From positions 2,816,001 to 2,880,000 of the forward strand of contig OZ251459.1 in the NCBI GenBank assembly GCA_965242525.1: a stretch of 64,000 bases of DNA. Direction: 5' to 3'. Origin of the DNA: an uncultured Candidatus Binatia bacterium. GTDB lineage: Bacteria; Desulfobacterota; Binatia; UBA9968; JAJDTQ01. The position numbers and the translations under genes were made by a program. A model generated the notes under the pieces. It saw nothing but the letters and a program-made list of their open reading frames with translations. It was not told the origin of the DNA and did not search any database. This document shows, piece by piece, positions 44,349 to 54,198 of the stretch; within the stretch, counting starts at the first letter, position 1; each line of letters begins with the position of its first letter.

Positions 44349-47300
44349 CTACAGCAACCTCTCTGCCGGCGCGCCCGGCGGCTTGCGCATCCCTGCGGGG
44401 ACGGGGGGCAGTTCGTCGGCTCGGAAGCACGGCCCTCGGGTCACCGCGTCGAGCAGGCGCTCCTGTTCCGGGTAGCTTGCCAGCGTGGCTTCCAGCACCC
44501 AGAGCAGCTCCAGCAACTCGGTGGTGAACCCCGGCGTCCATCGGTCCGGGCGGACGTCGTCCAGGGGCGAGGACTTCTTGCCGCCCCCGTCCTTCATGCG
44601 GCGCCTGAGCCATGATTGGACCACCTTGAGGCCGGAGACCTCGAACCCATGGACCTCGGGCGCCACGGGCGCGAACTCGCCCGCGCCCACGTGAAGCGTC
44701 TGTGTCGCGTCGTCGTAACGGAACGCTTCAGGATAGCCGGTCGGGTCGCCGGGCACGGCCCTGGCGCATCGGGCCGCGCCGCGGGGAACCCGGCCGCACT
44801 GCTCGCCTTCGGGAACGAAGCGCTCGCCGTAGGTATGCAACCGCAACAGGTGGGCGCCCGTCTTGCGGACTTGCTCGAACAAAGTCGGGTCTTTCGTGAG
44901 GGGGACGCGCAAATCGCGTGTTTCCAGTTCTTGAGAGAAACGCTCGGTAAAGGCCGGGTGGGCCAGCACGCCATAGACGTAGGCCAGGAAGTGTTCGGGC
45001 GTGACCTTGCGCCCAAGGGTCTTGCCGAGGAGGTCCTCCAAGCCGGGCAGGAGGTTGGCCTCCGATGCGTCCGCGGTCCGATAGAGCGGAACGATGCTCT
45101 TTCCGCTTCCGCCGGGGAAATGATGAAGATCGGGAAGCAGCGCACAGGCGGTGAGCGCCGGTCCGTGGCCGAGGACTTGGCTGAGGAGGCTGGTCACGTA
45201 AACTTGCCGCTCGCCGTGGGCGCGCCAGAGTTCGGGACGCGGGCGGGAGATCATGCGGCCGTCCGCAATCAGGTATTGACGGTCGAAGGAACGGTAGGCG
45301 TAGCGCCGTACTTCCGGGACGGGAGCGTCCCGGGACAACTCGGAGAGGGGGGTGGAGCCGTTCCCGTCTTCTTTCGTCAGGGCAGCGCGGTACGTCCCGG
45401 CAACGGTACGGTCTCCGGTTTCGCGGAACGCCGCGGAACGGTCAGCGGGCCGTAGAAGCCCGCGCCAACGGCGTTCCAGCGTGTCCTCGTCCGGCGCGAT
45501 GGGCCACGTCCGTTTCAACTGGACGCCCGAATGCTGCCACGGCATCAGGTCGGTGAGCAGCGGCCACGCGAAGTAATCCCCTTTGCCCGCGGGACGGAAC
45601 GCCGCCTGCCACTCACCGGGGCAGTCCTGCCAGTCCACCTTCCGGAAACCGTCGATGGCGTCGAGCATGGCGAGCTTCTGTCTGCGCGTGCCGTCGAGGC
45701 GCGCGTAGCGGACCTTCGCGGCTTCGTCCTCCTTCGCCTTGCCCGTGCGCACCGCAACCGCTATGGCCACCGGCGTCTGGATGGCGAAGACGTTGTCGCT
45801 CCTGCGCGTGCCCCGGCCCTCGCCGCCCAGATCCAGGATCCACACTTCATCGCACACCCGGCGCATGTGTTCGCGCATGCCACGGAAGGCGTCGCCATCG
45901 AGGTAGCTGGACGCGGTGATGAAGCTGACGATGCCCGGGCCAGCGGCCGTATCGTGCTCGAACACCTTCCACAACGCCCAGCGCCAGAAATAGACGTAGA
46001 GGTTGTAGAGGTTCTTGATGTGGACGCCGCGGCCGGCGTCCTTGGCCGGGTCGAGAAAGTCTTTCAGGATGGAGAGTTCCTGGCGTCGTTCCAGCCGGGC
46101 TTTGGCTGTTCTCCCTCCTCTTCGCCTGCCTTTGCCGTTCGCGCCCCCGGCGTCCAGCGGGTCGCCGAACCGCACCCAGCCGCCGTACGAGGACAGGTTG
46201 TCCTCGGTGTTCCGGTCCACGGCGTCGTGTCGGTCGTAGGGCGGGTTGCCCAGGCAGACGATGACCGGTGTCTTGCGTTTGATTTCGAGCGCCTTTCGGT
46301 GCTGCTTGGCGATGGGCTCCAGGATGAACCCCAATTGCCGCGGCTCGGTGCGGGGACTCTCCAGCGTGTCGGTCAGATAGACATGCGTCCCTTCCTCGGG
46401 CAGGTGCGCGCCGCGGTCGCGCAGGGCGCGGGTGACGCGCAACTCGCTCACCGCGTACGGGCCGACCATCACCTCGAAGCCGTAGAGGTTGTTGGCCAAC
46501 GCCGCCGCCTGTCCCGCCACCGCGCCCGCTCCCTGTTCCGCTTCCACCCGCCCCAGGGCGTGTTCGACCACCCCCAGCAGGTACGTGCCCGTGCCCGCAG
46601 CCGGATCCAGCGTGACCACATCAGGTTCCGCAAAGCCCAGCCGTCTGTTCAGGCGGTGGACCAGCAGGTCGTCCACCAGACGCACCTGAGCGCGGACCAC
46701 TTCCACCGGAGTGTAGTAGGCCCCGGCGTCCTTGCGCAGCTTGGGGTCGTAGGCCGCCAGGAAGTCTTCGTAGAAGTAGAGCCACGGGTCCTGCGGTCCG
46801 GCCAGCGCCGCAGGCGGCACGACCGCGAGGACCCGCAGCAGCAGGTCCAGGGACGCGGCCATCTCCGCCCGCACGCCCGGGTCGGTCAGGACCTGAAGGG
46901 CGCGGGAGAGCAGGCCGTGCTGGGCGGCGAGGGCGGCCTGGGCCCCTTCCAGCGTCAACGGGTCCGCCCCCTCGCTGCGCCCCAGCAGCAGGGCGAAGGC
47001 GACGGTCTGGGCGTAGGCGTCGGCGAACTGGACGTCCGAGGCGTGAGGGAACAGCAGTTGCCGCCAGTCCTTGGCCAAGTGGACGAGAGGGGAGGCCGGG
47101 TCGGCGAGGGCGTCGGTCACGTCGTCCCGCAGCATCCGGCACAGGGGGGCCAGCAGGTCGGCGAAGCGCCGGAGGTCCATGCGGCCCTTGCCGTCCAGTG
47201 GCAGGAACGGCTCCCACGACAGGAAGTCCCGCACCAGGCGCTCGACGCCCGGGGCGTCCTCCACCGCCGCGGCCCGCCGACCGTCCCGGGCCACGTCCCC

Positions 47301-47711
47301 CGAAAGCCGGACCACGCCCCCCGCCCGTTCGCCGCCCCGGTACAGCCCCCATTGGTTGCCGTCGGTGTAGAGGAGGTTGGGGATCGCCGAAAAGCGCTGA
47401 AACTGTTGGCGGTTGCGGCCCTTGAAACGGCTCGCGTCGGCGCCCGTGCCCGGGGCCTTGACCTCCACGTAGCCCACCAGCGCTTCATGGAGATGGACTG
47501 CGTAGTCGGGCCGGCCGAGCCGGTCGGGCAGCAGCGTCTCGCCGGTGCAGGCGACGCGCCAGCCCAACATAGCGGCGACGTCCGCCATGAAGCCCTCGAA
47601 CGGGGCGCGGAGCTGGTCCTCGGGTTCGCCCGGGGTGAGCTGCGTCGTCTTGGCCGTCACCGCGGCGGCGAACTCTTGCAGGGCTTCGTGGATGGACGTG
47701 CTGCTGCTCAT
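44349..47711 (-). CDS. Single-chain restriction-modification enzyme (nuclease, N6-A methyltransferase, Type ISP-like C-terminal specificity region)
   Basis: RPDY...YVEVK, GAYYTP, LDPAAGTGTY, GNPPY, YRSFDRQY. Confidence 0.88.
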   Translation of the reverse strand: MSSSTSIHEALQEFAAAVTAKTTQLTPGEPEDQLRAPFEGFMADVAAMLGWRVACTGETLLPDRLGRPDYAVHLHEALVGYVEVKAPGTGADASRFKGRNRQQFQRFSAIPNLLYTDGNQWGLYRGGERAGGVVRLSGDVARDGRRAAAVEDAPGVERLVRDFLSWEPFLPLDGKGRMDLRRFADLLAPLCRMLRDDVTDALADPASPLVHLAKDWRQLLFPHASDVQFADAYAQTVAFALLLGRSEGADPLTLEGAQAALAAQHGLLSRALQVLTDPGVRAEMAASLDLLLRVLAVVPPAALAGPQDPWLYFYEDFLAAYDPKLRKDAGAYYTPVEVVRAQVRLVDDLLVHRLNRRLGFAEPDVVTLDPAAGTGTYLLGVVEHALGRVEAEQGAGAVAGQAAALANNLYGFEVMVGPYAVSELRVTRALRDRGAHLPEEGTHVYLTDTLESPRTEPRQLGFILEPIAKQHRKALEIKRKTPVIVCLGNPPYDRHDAVDRNTEDNLSSYGGWVRFGDPLDAGGANGKGRRRGGRTAKARLERRQELSILKDFLDPAKDAGRGVHIKNLYNLYVYFWRWALWKVFEHDTAAGPGIVSFITASSYLDGDAFRGMREHMRRVCDEVWILDLGGEGRGTRRSDNVFAIQTPVAIAVAVRTGKAKEDEAAKVRYARLDGTRRQKLAMLDAIDGFRKVDWQDCPGEWQAAFRPAGKGDYFAWPLLTDLMPWQHSGVQLKRTWPIAPDEDTLERRWRGLLRPADRSAAFRETGDRTVAGTYRAALTKEDGNGSTPLSELSRDAPVPEVRRYAYRSFDRQYLIADGRMISRPRPELWRAHGERQVYVTSLLSQVLGHGPALTACALLPDLHHFPGGSGKSIVPLYRTADASEANLLPGLEDLLGKTLGRKVTPEHFLAYVYGVLAHPAFTERFSQELETRDLRVPLTKDPTLFEQVRKTGAHLLRLHTYGERFVPEGEQCGRVPRGAARCARAVPGDPTGYPEAFRYDDATQTLHVGAGEFAPVAPEVHGFEVSGLKVVQSWLRRRMKDGGGKKSSPLDDVRPDRWTPGFTTELLELLWVLEATLASYPEQERLLDAVTRGPCFRADELPPVPAGMRKPPGAPAERLL

Positions 47712-47758
47712 GCCGGCGCCGCGGTTCGATTCTTGGCGTCAACCCGTCGGAGGCTTGC

Positions 47759-47863
47759 GGAACCTCTGATCAATCCTGGATCGAGGCGCCTCTCCCTATG
47801 GGAAAGCGCGTCCTTCGACTTCGCTTCGCTCAGGACGAACGGAGGCAATTGTTCAGAGCTTCC
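47759..47863. mobile_element. MITE copy with perfect TTGC TSD
   Basis: ttgc-GGAACCTCTGATCAAT...ATTGTTCAGAGCTTCC-ttgc. Confidence 0.9.
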
Positions 47864-47977
47864 TTGCCTCGAACGGAACCCTGACGATCAACATACGGCA
47901 ACCGGGAAACCATGTCCAACCTCGTTCCCGCGGCGGTCCTTCCTCGCCACGCGGCTCCCGATCTGGTACCATGTTGC

Positions 47978-48087
47978 GGAAACCCTGAACGGTTATCCCC
48001 GTTCGTCCTGAGCGTAGCGAAGCGAAGTCGAAGGACGCGCTTTCCCATAGGGAGAGGGGGTTCAAGCCGGAATTGCCCAGGGTTTCG
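47978..48087. mobile_element. MITE copy with perfect TTGC TSD, opposite orientation
   Basis: ttgc-GGAAACCCTGAACGGT...ATTGCCCAGGGTTTCG-ttgc. Confidence 0.87.
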
Positions 48088-48131
48088 TTGCCATTCCCCA
48101 CGCGCCGCGGGGCGCGGGAAAGGAGACCCCG

Positions 48132-48725
48132 ATGGCCGACCGGATGACCCTGGAGGTCTTCACCGACTTCGTCTGACCGTGGTGCTACCTCAGTACCGGG
48201 CGTATTGAGAAACTGCGACGGAACTATGAACTCAACGTGGTGTTCACGCAATTCCCGCTGCATCCCGAGACCCCGGCGGAGGGCAAGCCTCGCCACGTGA
48301 GCGGGCCGAGCCGGGTCGAAGCCATGCTGGCCCGGGAGGGCCTGCCCTTCGGCGAGCGCAAGTTCAGCTACAACAGCCGACTCGCCCAGGAGCTTGCCAA
48401 ATGGGCGGAAAGCCAAGGCCGGGGCGACGCGTTCCACGACGCGGTGTTCCGCGCCTACTTCGTCGATGCGGTCAACATCGGCGATGCGGAAGTCCTGCTC
48501 CGACTGGTGGAAGAGGCCGGGTTGCCGGTGGAGGAGGCCCGCCAAGCGCTGTCCGACCGGACCTTCCGGCAAGCGGTGGACGACGACTGGCAGCGGTGCC
48601 GTTCCCTGGGGGTTTCGGCCGTGCCCACCTATCTCTCCGAAGGCCTGGCCATCGTGGGCGCCGAGCCCTACGAGAGGTTGGAGAGGCTCGTGACCGAGGC
48701 CGGCGCCGCCAGGCTCACCGCGTGA
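48132..48725 (+). CDS. DsbA/FrnE-family thiol-disulfide oxidoreductase, putative selenoprotein (UPWC)
   Basis: AGGAG RBS, ATG 48132, MADRMTLEVFTDFV-TGA-PWCY in frame with FPLHP...GVSAVP. Confidence 0.85.
48189..48209 (+). promoter_or_regulatory. Putative bacterial SECIS hairpin
   Basis: CTCAGTAC-CGGGC-GTATTGAG: 8-bp stem with one G-U pair; loop begins 20 nt after the UGA with G at position 2. Confidence 0.6.
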
Positions 48726-49639
48726 TGGCAGGCATACCCGCGGTCGATTTCGGACCCTTCCTGAGCGGCGGCGCCGAGGCCCGCAGCCTCGTGGCGCGTC
48801 GGATCCGCGCAGCCTGCAGCGAGTTCGGGTTCCTCAACCTCACCAACCTGCCGTTGCCCGCGGGCTTGAGGGAACGGGTGGCCGCCAAGGCCAGGGAGTT
48901 CTTCGCGTTGCCGCGGGAGGTCAAGGAAGCCATCGGGCGGTCCCACCGGGACGCCATCTCGGGCTACGTGGGCGTGGCCGTGGAGCGTCTCGATACCGGG
49001 CAACCGGGGGACCTCAAGGAATCCTTCAGCGTGAACCAGGCCAGTATCGAACTCCTCGACCACTGGCGCATCCCCGTGGACGGCTTCCGCCAGACGGTGC
49101 TGGACCTCCACGAGGCCGGCGCCCGGGCCTGTGCGGCGCTGGTGCAGGCCATGGCCCTGTCCCTGGGGGCGCCCGGGGACTTCTTCGAGGACAAGCATGC
49201 GCCCCACGCCAGCACCGTGCGCCTGTTCCACTACCCGCCGGTGGAGCGTCGGCCCGGCGCCGGCCAGTTGCGGGCGGGAGCCCACACCGATTACGGCACC
49301 GTCACGCTGGTCTTCCAGGACCGGGTGGAAGGGCTGGAAGCCCTGGTGGACGGCCGGTGGACCACCGTCCCCGCGGTCCCCGGCGCGGTGACCGTCAACG
49401 TGGCCGACCTGCTGTCACGCTGGACCAACGGCATCTACCGTTCGCCGAAACACCGTGTGGCGCTGCCCGACGCGGACGTGGAGGAGTCCCGGTATTCCGT
49501 CGTCTTCTTCTACAACCCCAACGGCGAGTCCACCGTCCGTTGCATGGAGTCGTGCTGCGGTCCCGATCGTCCCCCTGCCTACCCCCCAATCCGGGCGGGA
49601 GAGTTCCTCCGCCGCCGCCGTGAGGCGTCCTACCGCTGA
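48725..49639 (+). CDS. 2OG-Fe(II) oxygenase, IPNS family
   Basis: IPAVDF, DLKE, HTDYG, H-R, RYS. Confidence 0.93.
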   Translation: MAGIPAVDFGPFLSGGAEARSLVARRIRAACSEFGFLNLTNLPLPAGLRERVAAKAREFFALPREVKEAIGRSHRDAISGYVGVAVERLDTGQPGDLKESFSVNQASIELLDHWRIPVDGFRQTVLDLHEAGARACAALVQAMALSLGAPGDFFEDKHAPHASTVRLFHYPPVERRPGAGQLRAGAHTDYGTVTLVFQDRVEGLEALVDGRWTTVPAVPGAVTVNVADLLSRWTNGIYRSPKHRVALPDADVEESRYSVVFFYNPNGESTVRCMESCCGPDRPPAYPPIRAGEFLRRRREASYR

Positions 49640-49738
49640 TTCCCTCACCCTGGCCCTCCCGTCTCCGTTCGTCCTGAGCGTAGCGGAGCGGAGTCGAAGG
49701 ACGCGCTCCTGCCTCTGCCCCGATGGTGCAGAAGTTCC
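49640..49738. mobile_element. Truncated MITE between convergent genes
   Basis: Core at 49664-49708; right TIR overlaps the esterase TAG. Confidence 0.7.
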
Positions 49739-50577
49739 TATGGACGCCCGCGAAGGTTCTCGTCGAGGAAACGCAGCAACACCGGCGCCACCGTGGCGTT
49801 GGGCTCCTCATGGACGCGGCGGCGGTCGGGGTGGTCGTCGAGGTAGGTGAACCAGGAATGGCCGGCGCTCGGGATGAACAGGGTCTCGACGCGGGCGCCG
49901 GCTGCACGCAGCGCCGCGATGAAGCGCTCGGACTGGTCATGGTGGACGATGGGGTCCTGCTCGCCGTGGATGATGAGGTAGGGGACCCCCGGCGGCGCGC
50001 CCCGGGCCTGGACGCCTTGCAGCGGCGAGAACCGCCGGTAGTCTTCCGGGGCCTGGGCCGGCGTCTTGCCCATGAGCCTGCCCACCGGGTCGTCGAGCCT
50101 CCCCCGGGTGGTCTCCCACCAGTCCACTAGATCGTAGATGCCGTACACCCCCACCACCGCGCGCACATGGGGCCTCACCCAGTCCTCCAGGGAAAGCAGC
50201 GCCGCCATGTGCGCGCCCGCGGAGTCGCCCACGAGCCCCAACCGCTCCGGGTCCACGCCCAGCCCGGGCGCTTCCCCGACGAGCCAGCGCAGCGCCCTCC
50301 GGACGTCATCGTGCACCCCGGGCCACGCGGGCGAGACTCGATACGACAACCGGTAGTCCACCGCCGCGACGGCATAGCCCCGGGCTGCGAGCCACGGCCC
50401 CCACTCCTGGTACTGGCGCGAGCTGCCCCGGGCCCACGCCCCGCCGTGCAGACACAGCAGCGCGGGATGCGGCCCGGTCCCTGCGGGCAGGTACAAATCG
50501 TTGCACAGGTCGCCTTCGGGGCCGCCCCCGTAAGGCACGTCGAACCGGGTCTCCACATCGAGTCCTGCCGTACCCAC
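49738..50577 (-). CDS. Alpha/beta hydrolase (HSL-like esterase)
   Basis: HGGAW, DYRL, GDSAG, HGEQD, GH; GTG start uncertain. Confidence 0.88.
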   Translation of the reverse strand: MGTAGLDVETRFDVPYGGGPEGDLCNDLYLPAGTGPHPALLCLHGGAWARGSSRQYQEWGPWLAARGYAVAAVDYRLSYRVSPAWPGVHDDVRRALRWLVGEAPGLGVDPERLGLVGDSAGAHMAALLSLEDWVRPHVRAVVGVYGIYDLVDWWETTRGRLDDPVGRLMGKTPAQAPEDYRRFSPLQGVQARGAPPGVPYLIIHGEQDPIVHHDQSERFIAALRAAGARVETLFIPSAGHSWFTYLDDHPDRRRVHEEPNATVAPVLLRFLDENLRGRP

Positions 50578-50911
50578 CTTCCTCGCGCTCCCTTCCGGTA
50601 CCCGTATGCCTCCTGCCCGGGAACCTGCCCCTCGCCGCGATTCATTGGCTCGGACAGGCTCCCGGAGTACCCGGGACGCTAATAGACCGCGTGCCGCTCT
50701 GTCAAACCGCCCCATCCGCTATCCCGGAAGCGCCTGCAGAATAATCCGTCAAGCGGATCGGTCAAGCAGGGAAAGGCGGCAAGGGGCCTGTCCATGCAAA
50801 CGCCGTCTTCCTCGGCCGACCTTGAATCCCATGTTCCCATGCAGTATCTTGGCAACCGAAGGGGTCCCGACGTATGGGGTGTGGTGAACCGGCGTTCCCT
50901 GCGAGTCGTAG

Positions 50912-50930
50912 CGTGAGCACAGTGCTCACG
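50912..50930. promoter_or_regulatory. Perfect palindrome, putative operator
   Basis: CGTGAGCAC-A-GTGCTCACG, 35 bp upstream of the three-gene operon. Confidence 0.6.
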
Positions 50931-50965
50931 AGAGAATATGGTCCTTCTGCATCGTAGATCGGCGA

Positions 50966-51679
50966 GTGACGATGTACACCAGCCTCGAGTGGATCGATTT
51001 GACTTACGACGTGGAGTTCGACCCTCCAGCGTTTGCTCTGCCCAAGACCAGCACAGACGTGCTCGAGGCCCTCTACGAGAGGATTCACCCCCGGTTCCCC
51101 ATCAACACGCGCGACATGCAGGTGACCGGCGGCAACCAACTTTCGGATGTACACCTTCACGCCACCCTGTTCGGCGGGAACGGCGTCATCGATGTATGGG
51201 TGGACCGAATGTCGCTTGGTTTCGGCAACTTGAAGAAGGAAGCAGACTTGACGGAGTGCAAGGACTGTATCCGGCTGAGCGAGGCCGCGATGCAAGATGC
51301 GCTTCCGTCCGTGCGCTTCCGCGAAGTAGCCATCAAACCGACCCTGTTCCTGGAATTGGAAGGCGGACAAGAAGAAGTCGAAAATTACCTGTCGCGGCTG
51401 CCGGGGACATGCCCCCAACTCGACCTGAGCGAATTTGGGGCTGCCGTTCAACGTCCCGAAGTGAGTCTTGAAGTCGGTAACCCCGAGGAAGGATGGGATG
51501 TTCTCTTCCACGCGTTCCGGGACCGGGAGGAGGCGTCGTCCTTGATCCTTTCGTGTCAGGCTTTCTATCAGGCGAACGGACGGGTGAGTGGACTCGAAGA
51601 CCGGGCGGACCACCTGAAGAGACTGCTGAAGGCGTTTCTTGACGGCATCGGCCTGGAACTGGAAGGTCGGACTGAATGA
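50966..51679 (+). CDS. Hypothetical acidic alpha/beta protein, first gene of the RES operon
   Basis: 237-aa ORF with globular-looking composition; ATGA overlap with the next gene. Confidence 0.75.
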   Translation: MTMYTSLEWIDLTYDVEFDPPAFALPKTSTDVLEALYERIHPRFPINTRDMQVTGGNQLSDVHLHATLFGGNGVIDVWVDRMSLGFGNLKKEADLTECKDCIRLSEAAMQDALPSVRFREVAIKPTLFLELEGGQEEVENYLSRLPGTCPQLDLSEFGAAVQRPEVSLEVGNPEEGWDVLFHAFRDREEASSLILSCQAFYQANGRVSGLEDRADHLKRLLKAFLDGIGLELEGRTE

Positions 51680-52329
51680 CTTCCGATATCCTCGAACCTC
51701 TGGGTTCCATACGGCCATCGGATGGTTGGGGAGGGCGTGTGTTCGGCGGTCATCCCGTGCCCGAATCGGGTAGGCGTGAGGCAGTAGTCAACCGGGGTAG
51801 ACGGTCTCCATGGAAGCGGTCTCACGCCGAGCGGCGGCAGCCACCGAAATCCTGGAATGAGTCGGAACGACGGAAAACCATTTCGTATCGGCATCTGTCT
51901 CGACACCATGTCGCTCGGCTGCGGAAACCCATCGTTTATGAAACATGGTCCGCAGAAGAATCCCCCTACCGCGGCAGAATCACAGGGCCGGTCAGGTTCA
52001 TCAATCGGCTTCTCGTCGTATGGCGTCTGGAACCGGAGTATGCCTGTACCCTGCTCGGATTCGAGCGTTCCGAGTCCACCTACGTGACCCATGTACTCCA
52101 AGGTCACGCTACCCTTCGGGGAAGGGATGCGAAGGACCGAATCGCCCACCTCTTCCAGATCCGCAGGTTGTTGTGGGCGCTGTTCCGGGACGAGACCGTC
52201 GAGAACGAGTGGCTGAGAGAACCTCGCGCTGTTTTGGAGGACAAGACGCCCATGGACCTGTTGATAGAGGGTTCGATGGAAAATCTGCTCCTTGTGAGAG
52301 AAGTTGTCGAGTTGACGGCGGGAAGATGA
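51676..52329 (+). CDS. Xre/MbcA/ParS (DUF2384-type) antitoxin with a long N-terminal extension
   Basis: WRL...LLG, DRIAHL, EWLREP...LEDKTPMDLL. Confidence 0.82.
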   Translation: MTSDILEPLGSIRPSDGWGGRVFGGHPVPESGRREAVVNRGRRSPWKRSHAERRQPPKSWNESERRKTISYRHLSRHHVARLRKPIVYETWSAEESPYRGRITGPVRFINRLLVVWRLEPEYACTLLGFERSESTYVTHVLQGHATLRGRDAKDRIAHLFQIRRLLWALFRDETVENEWLREPRAVLEDKTPMDLLIEGSMENLLLVREVVELTAGR

Positions 52330-52332
52330 ACC

Positions 52333-52977
52333 ATGCTCGAATCGGTCCCTACCGAATCGTTGCGGACGGAAGTATTCCGGTTGGCGGGCCAGCTACAGGA
52401 TTCGGAATTCCTCCGTGTGGAGGGATTCGATGACCGGAGTGTGGACGAGATGCTCCAATTGCTGGCGTCTCGAGAGGTTTCCGGCGGACCTGACGACCTG
52501 TGTGACGGCCCGTTCAGACCCAAGCCGCAACTTCGGAAGGCGGGACATCGCACCCGTTTCTCCGACGGCTCTTTCCCTGTTTTCTACGCTTCCCTGGAAA
52601 CCGAGACGGCCGAGATCGAGATGAAGTACTGGTTCCTGAAGAACGTCAGTCAGCCAACCAGGGCTCGCACCGCTTACTATTCCCGCTTCTCATGTCAATT
52701 CGACGGCTCCGTAAAGGACTTGAGGCCGCTACACGTCAATTGGCCGAATCTCATTCACGACAACGACTATAGCTTCTGCAACCGTTTGGGCGACGAGGCA
52801 AGGGTTTCCGGTCTCGACGGGCTGTTGACGCCGTCCGCGCGAAGGCCAAGCGGGACAAATCTTCCGGTGTTCAGGCGCCGCGCCGTCAGCAATCCCGTGG
52901 TCCGCGCCTTTGTGGCAATGACGTTGGATCCGTCGAGCGGAGAGGTTGCCGTTAGCGAAAGAGACCCGAAAGGTTGA
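52333..52977 (+). CDS. RES-domain toxin (NAD-consuming family)
   Basis: RFSDGSFPVFYAS, TAEIE, DLR, GLLTPSAR. Confidence 0.88.
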   Translation: MLESVPTESLRTEVFRLAGQLQDSEFLRVEGFDDRSVDEMLQLLASREVSGGPDDLCDGPFRPKPQLRKAGHRTRFSDGSFPVFYASLETETAEIEMKYWFLKNVSQPTRARTAYYSRFSCQFDGSVKDLRPLHVNWPNLIHDNDYSFCNRLGDEARVSGLDGLLTPSARRPSGTNLPVFRRRAVSNPVVRAFVAMTLDPSSGEVAVSERDPKG

Positions 52978-53040
52978 CGACGGTCCTCCGTACCGGCACC
53001 GCCCCAGACAAGCCACGTAACCCAACGGAGTCCACCGCTC

Positions 53041-54069
53041 ATGAAGAAACATTCCGCCGTGCTCATACCCGGTGACGGCATCGGTCCCGAGATCACCGCG
53101 GCCGTGCGCCGTATCCTCGAAGCGGCCCGCGCTCCCGTGGAATGGGTGGAGCGCGAGGCCGGCGTGACCGCTCTGGACCGGGGGCCGGACGTGCTGCCCG
53201 AGCCCACAGTGGAAGCCATCGAGCACCACGGGGTGGCCCTCAAGGGTCCGTGCACCACGCCGGTGGGCGAGGGCTTCACCTCGGTCAACGTCCAGCTACG
53301 GCAACGCCTCAACCTGTACGCCGCGGTGCGCCCGGTGCGCTCCCTGGCCGGGGCCCCCACCCGCTTCGATGACGTGGACCTCATCATCGTCCGCGAGAAC
53401 ACCGAAGGACTCTACAGCGGGGTGGAGAACCAAGTCACCGACGACGTGGTGATGAGCATGAAGGTGGCGACCAAGAGCGCCAGCCTGCGCATCGCCCACT
53501 GGGCCTTCCGGTTCGCCACCCGGCGCCAGCGGCGCAAGATCACCGTCTTCCACAAGGCCAACATCATGAAGGTCACGGACGGGCTGTTCCTGCAATGCGC
53601 CCGCCGCATCCACCAGCACGAGTACCCGAACATCGAGTACGAGGAGAACATCATCGACGCCGGCTGCATGAAGCTGGTCCAGGACCCCGGCCGGTTCGAC
53701 GTGCTGCTGCTGGAGAACCTCTACGGCGACGTGATCAGCGACTTGTGCGCGGGGCTCGTGGGCGGCCTGGGAGTGGTGCCGGGGGCCAATTTCGGAGACG
53801 ACCGGGCGGTGTTCGAAGCGGTCCACGGCTCGGCGCCGGACATCGCCGGCGCGGGCGTGGCCAACCCCCTGGCCATGCTCATGTCCGCGGTCATGCTGCT
53901 CAACCACTTGGCGGACACGCGCGAGGACGAACTCTGCCGTCAAGCCGCGGAACGTATCGAGGGCGCTTACGACCGGGCGTTGACCCAAGACTGCAAGACC
54001 CCCGACCTGGGCGGCCGGCTCGGCACCGACGCCTTCGCCGACGCCGTCATCGAGCGGCTGGCCGACTGA
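53041..54069 (+). CDS. Isocitrate/isopropylmalate dehydrogenase family, probably NAD-dependent ICDH
   Basis: IPGDGIGPE, RENTEG, HKANIMK, NLYGD, EAVHGSAPDIAG. Confidence 0.92.
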   Translation: MKKHSAVLIPGDGIGPEITAAVRRILEAARAPVEWVEREAGVTALDRGPDVLPEPTVEAIEHHGVALKGPCTTPVGEGFTSVNVQLRQRLNLYAAVRPVRSLAGAPTRFDDVDLIIVRENTEGLYSGVENQVTDDVVMSMKVATKSASLRIAHWAFRFATRRQRRKITVFHKANIMKVTDGLFLQCARRIHQHEYPNIEYEENIIDAGCMKLVQDPGRFDVLLLENLYGDVISDLCAGLVGGLGVVPGANFGDDRAVFEAVHGSAPDIAGAGVANPLAMLMSAVMLLNHLADTREDELCRQAAERIEGAYDRALTQDCKTPDLGGRLGTDAFADAVIERLAD

Positions 54070-54198
54070 ACGACCCCGGGGCGCCGAACCCCCGCGTCTC
54101 CTTGCGGGCGGGACGTCTGCGTTCCCGGGAGGGGCGCATACTCGGACCGGCGCCCGACGCCGGCAGGGTCGGTTCTCTGTCCACCGAGGAACGGCGAC

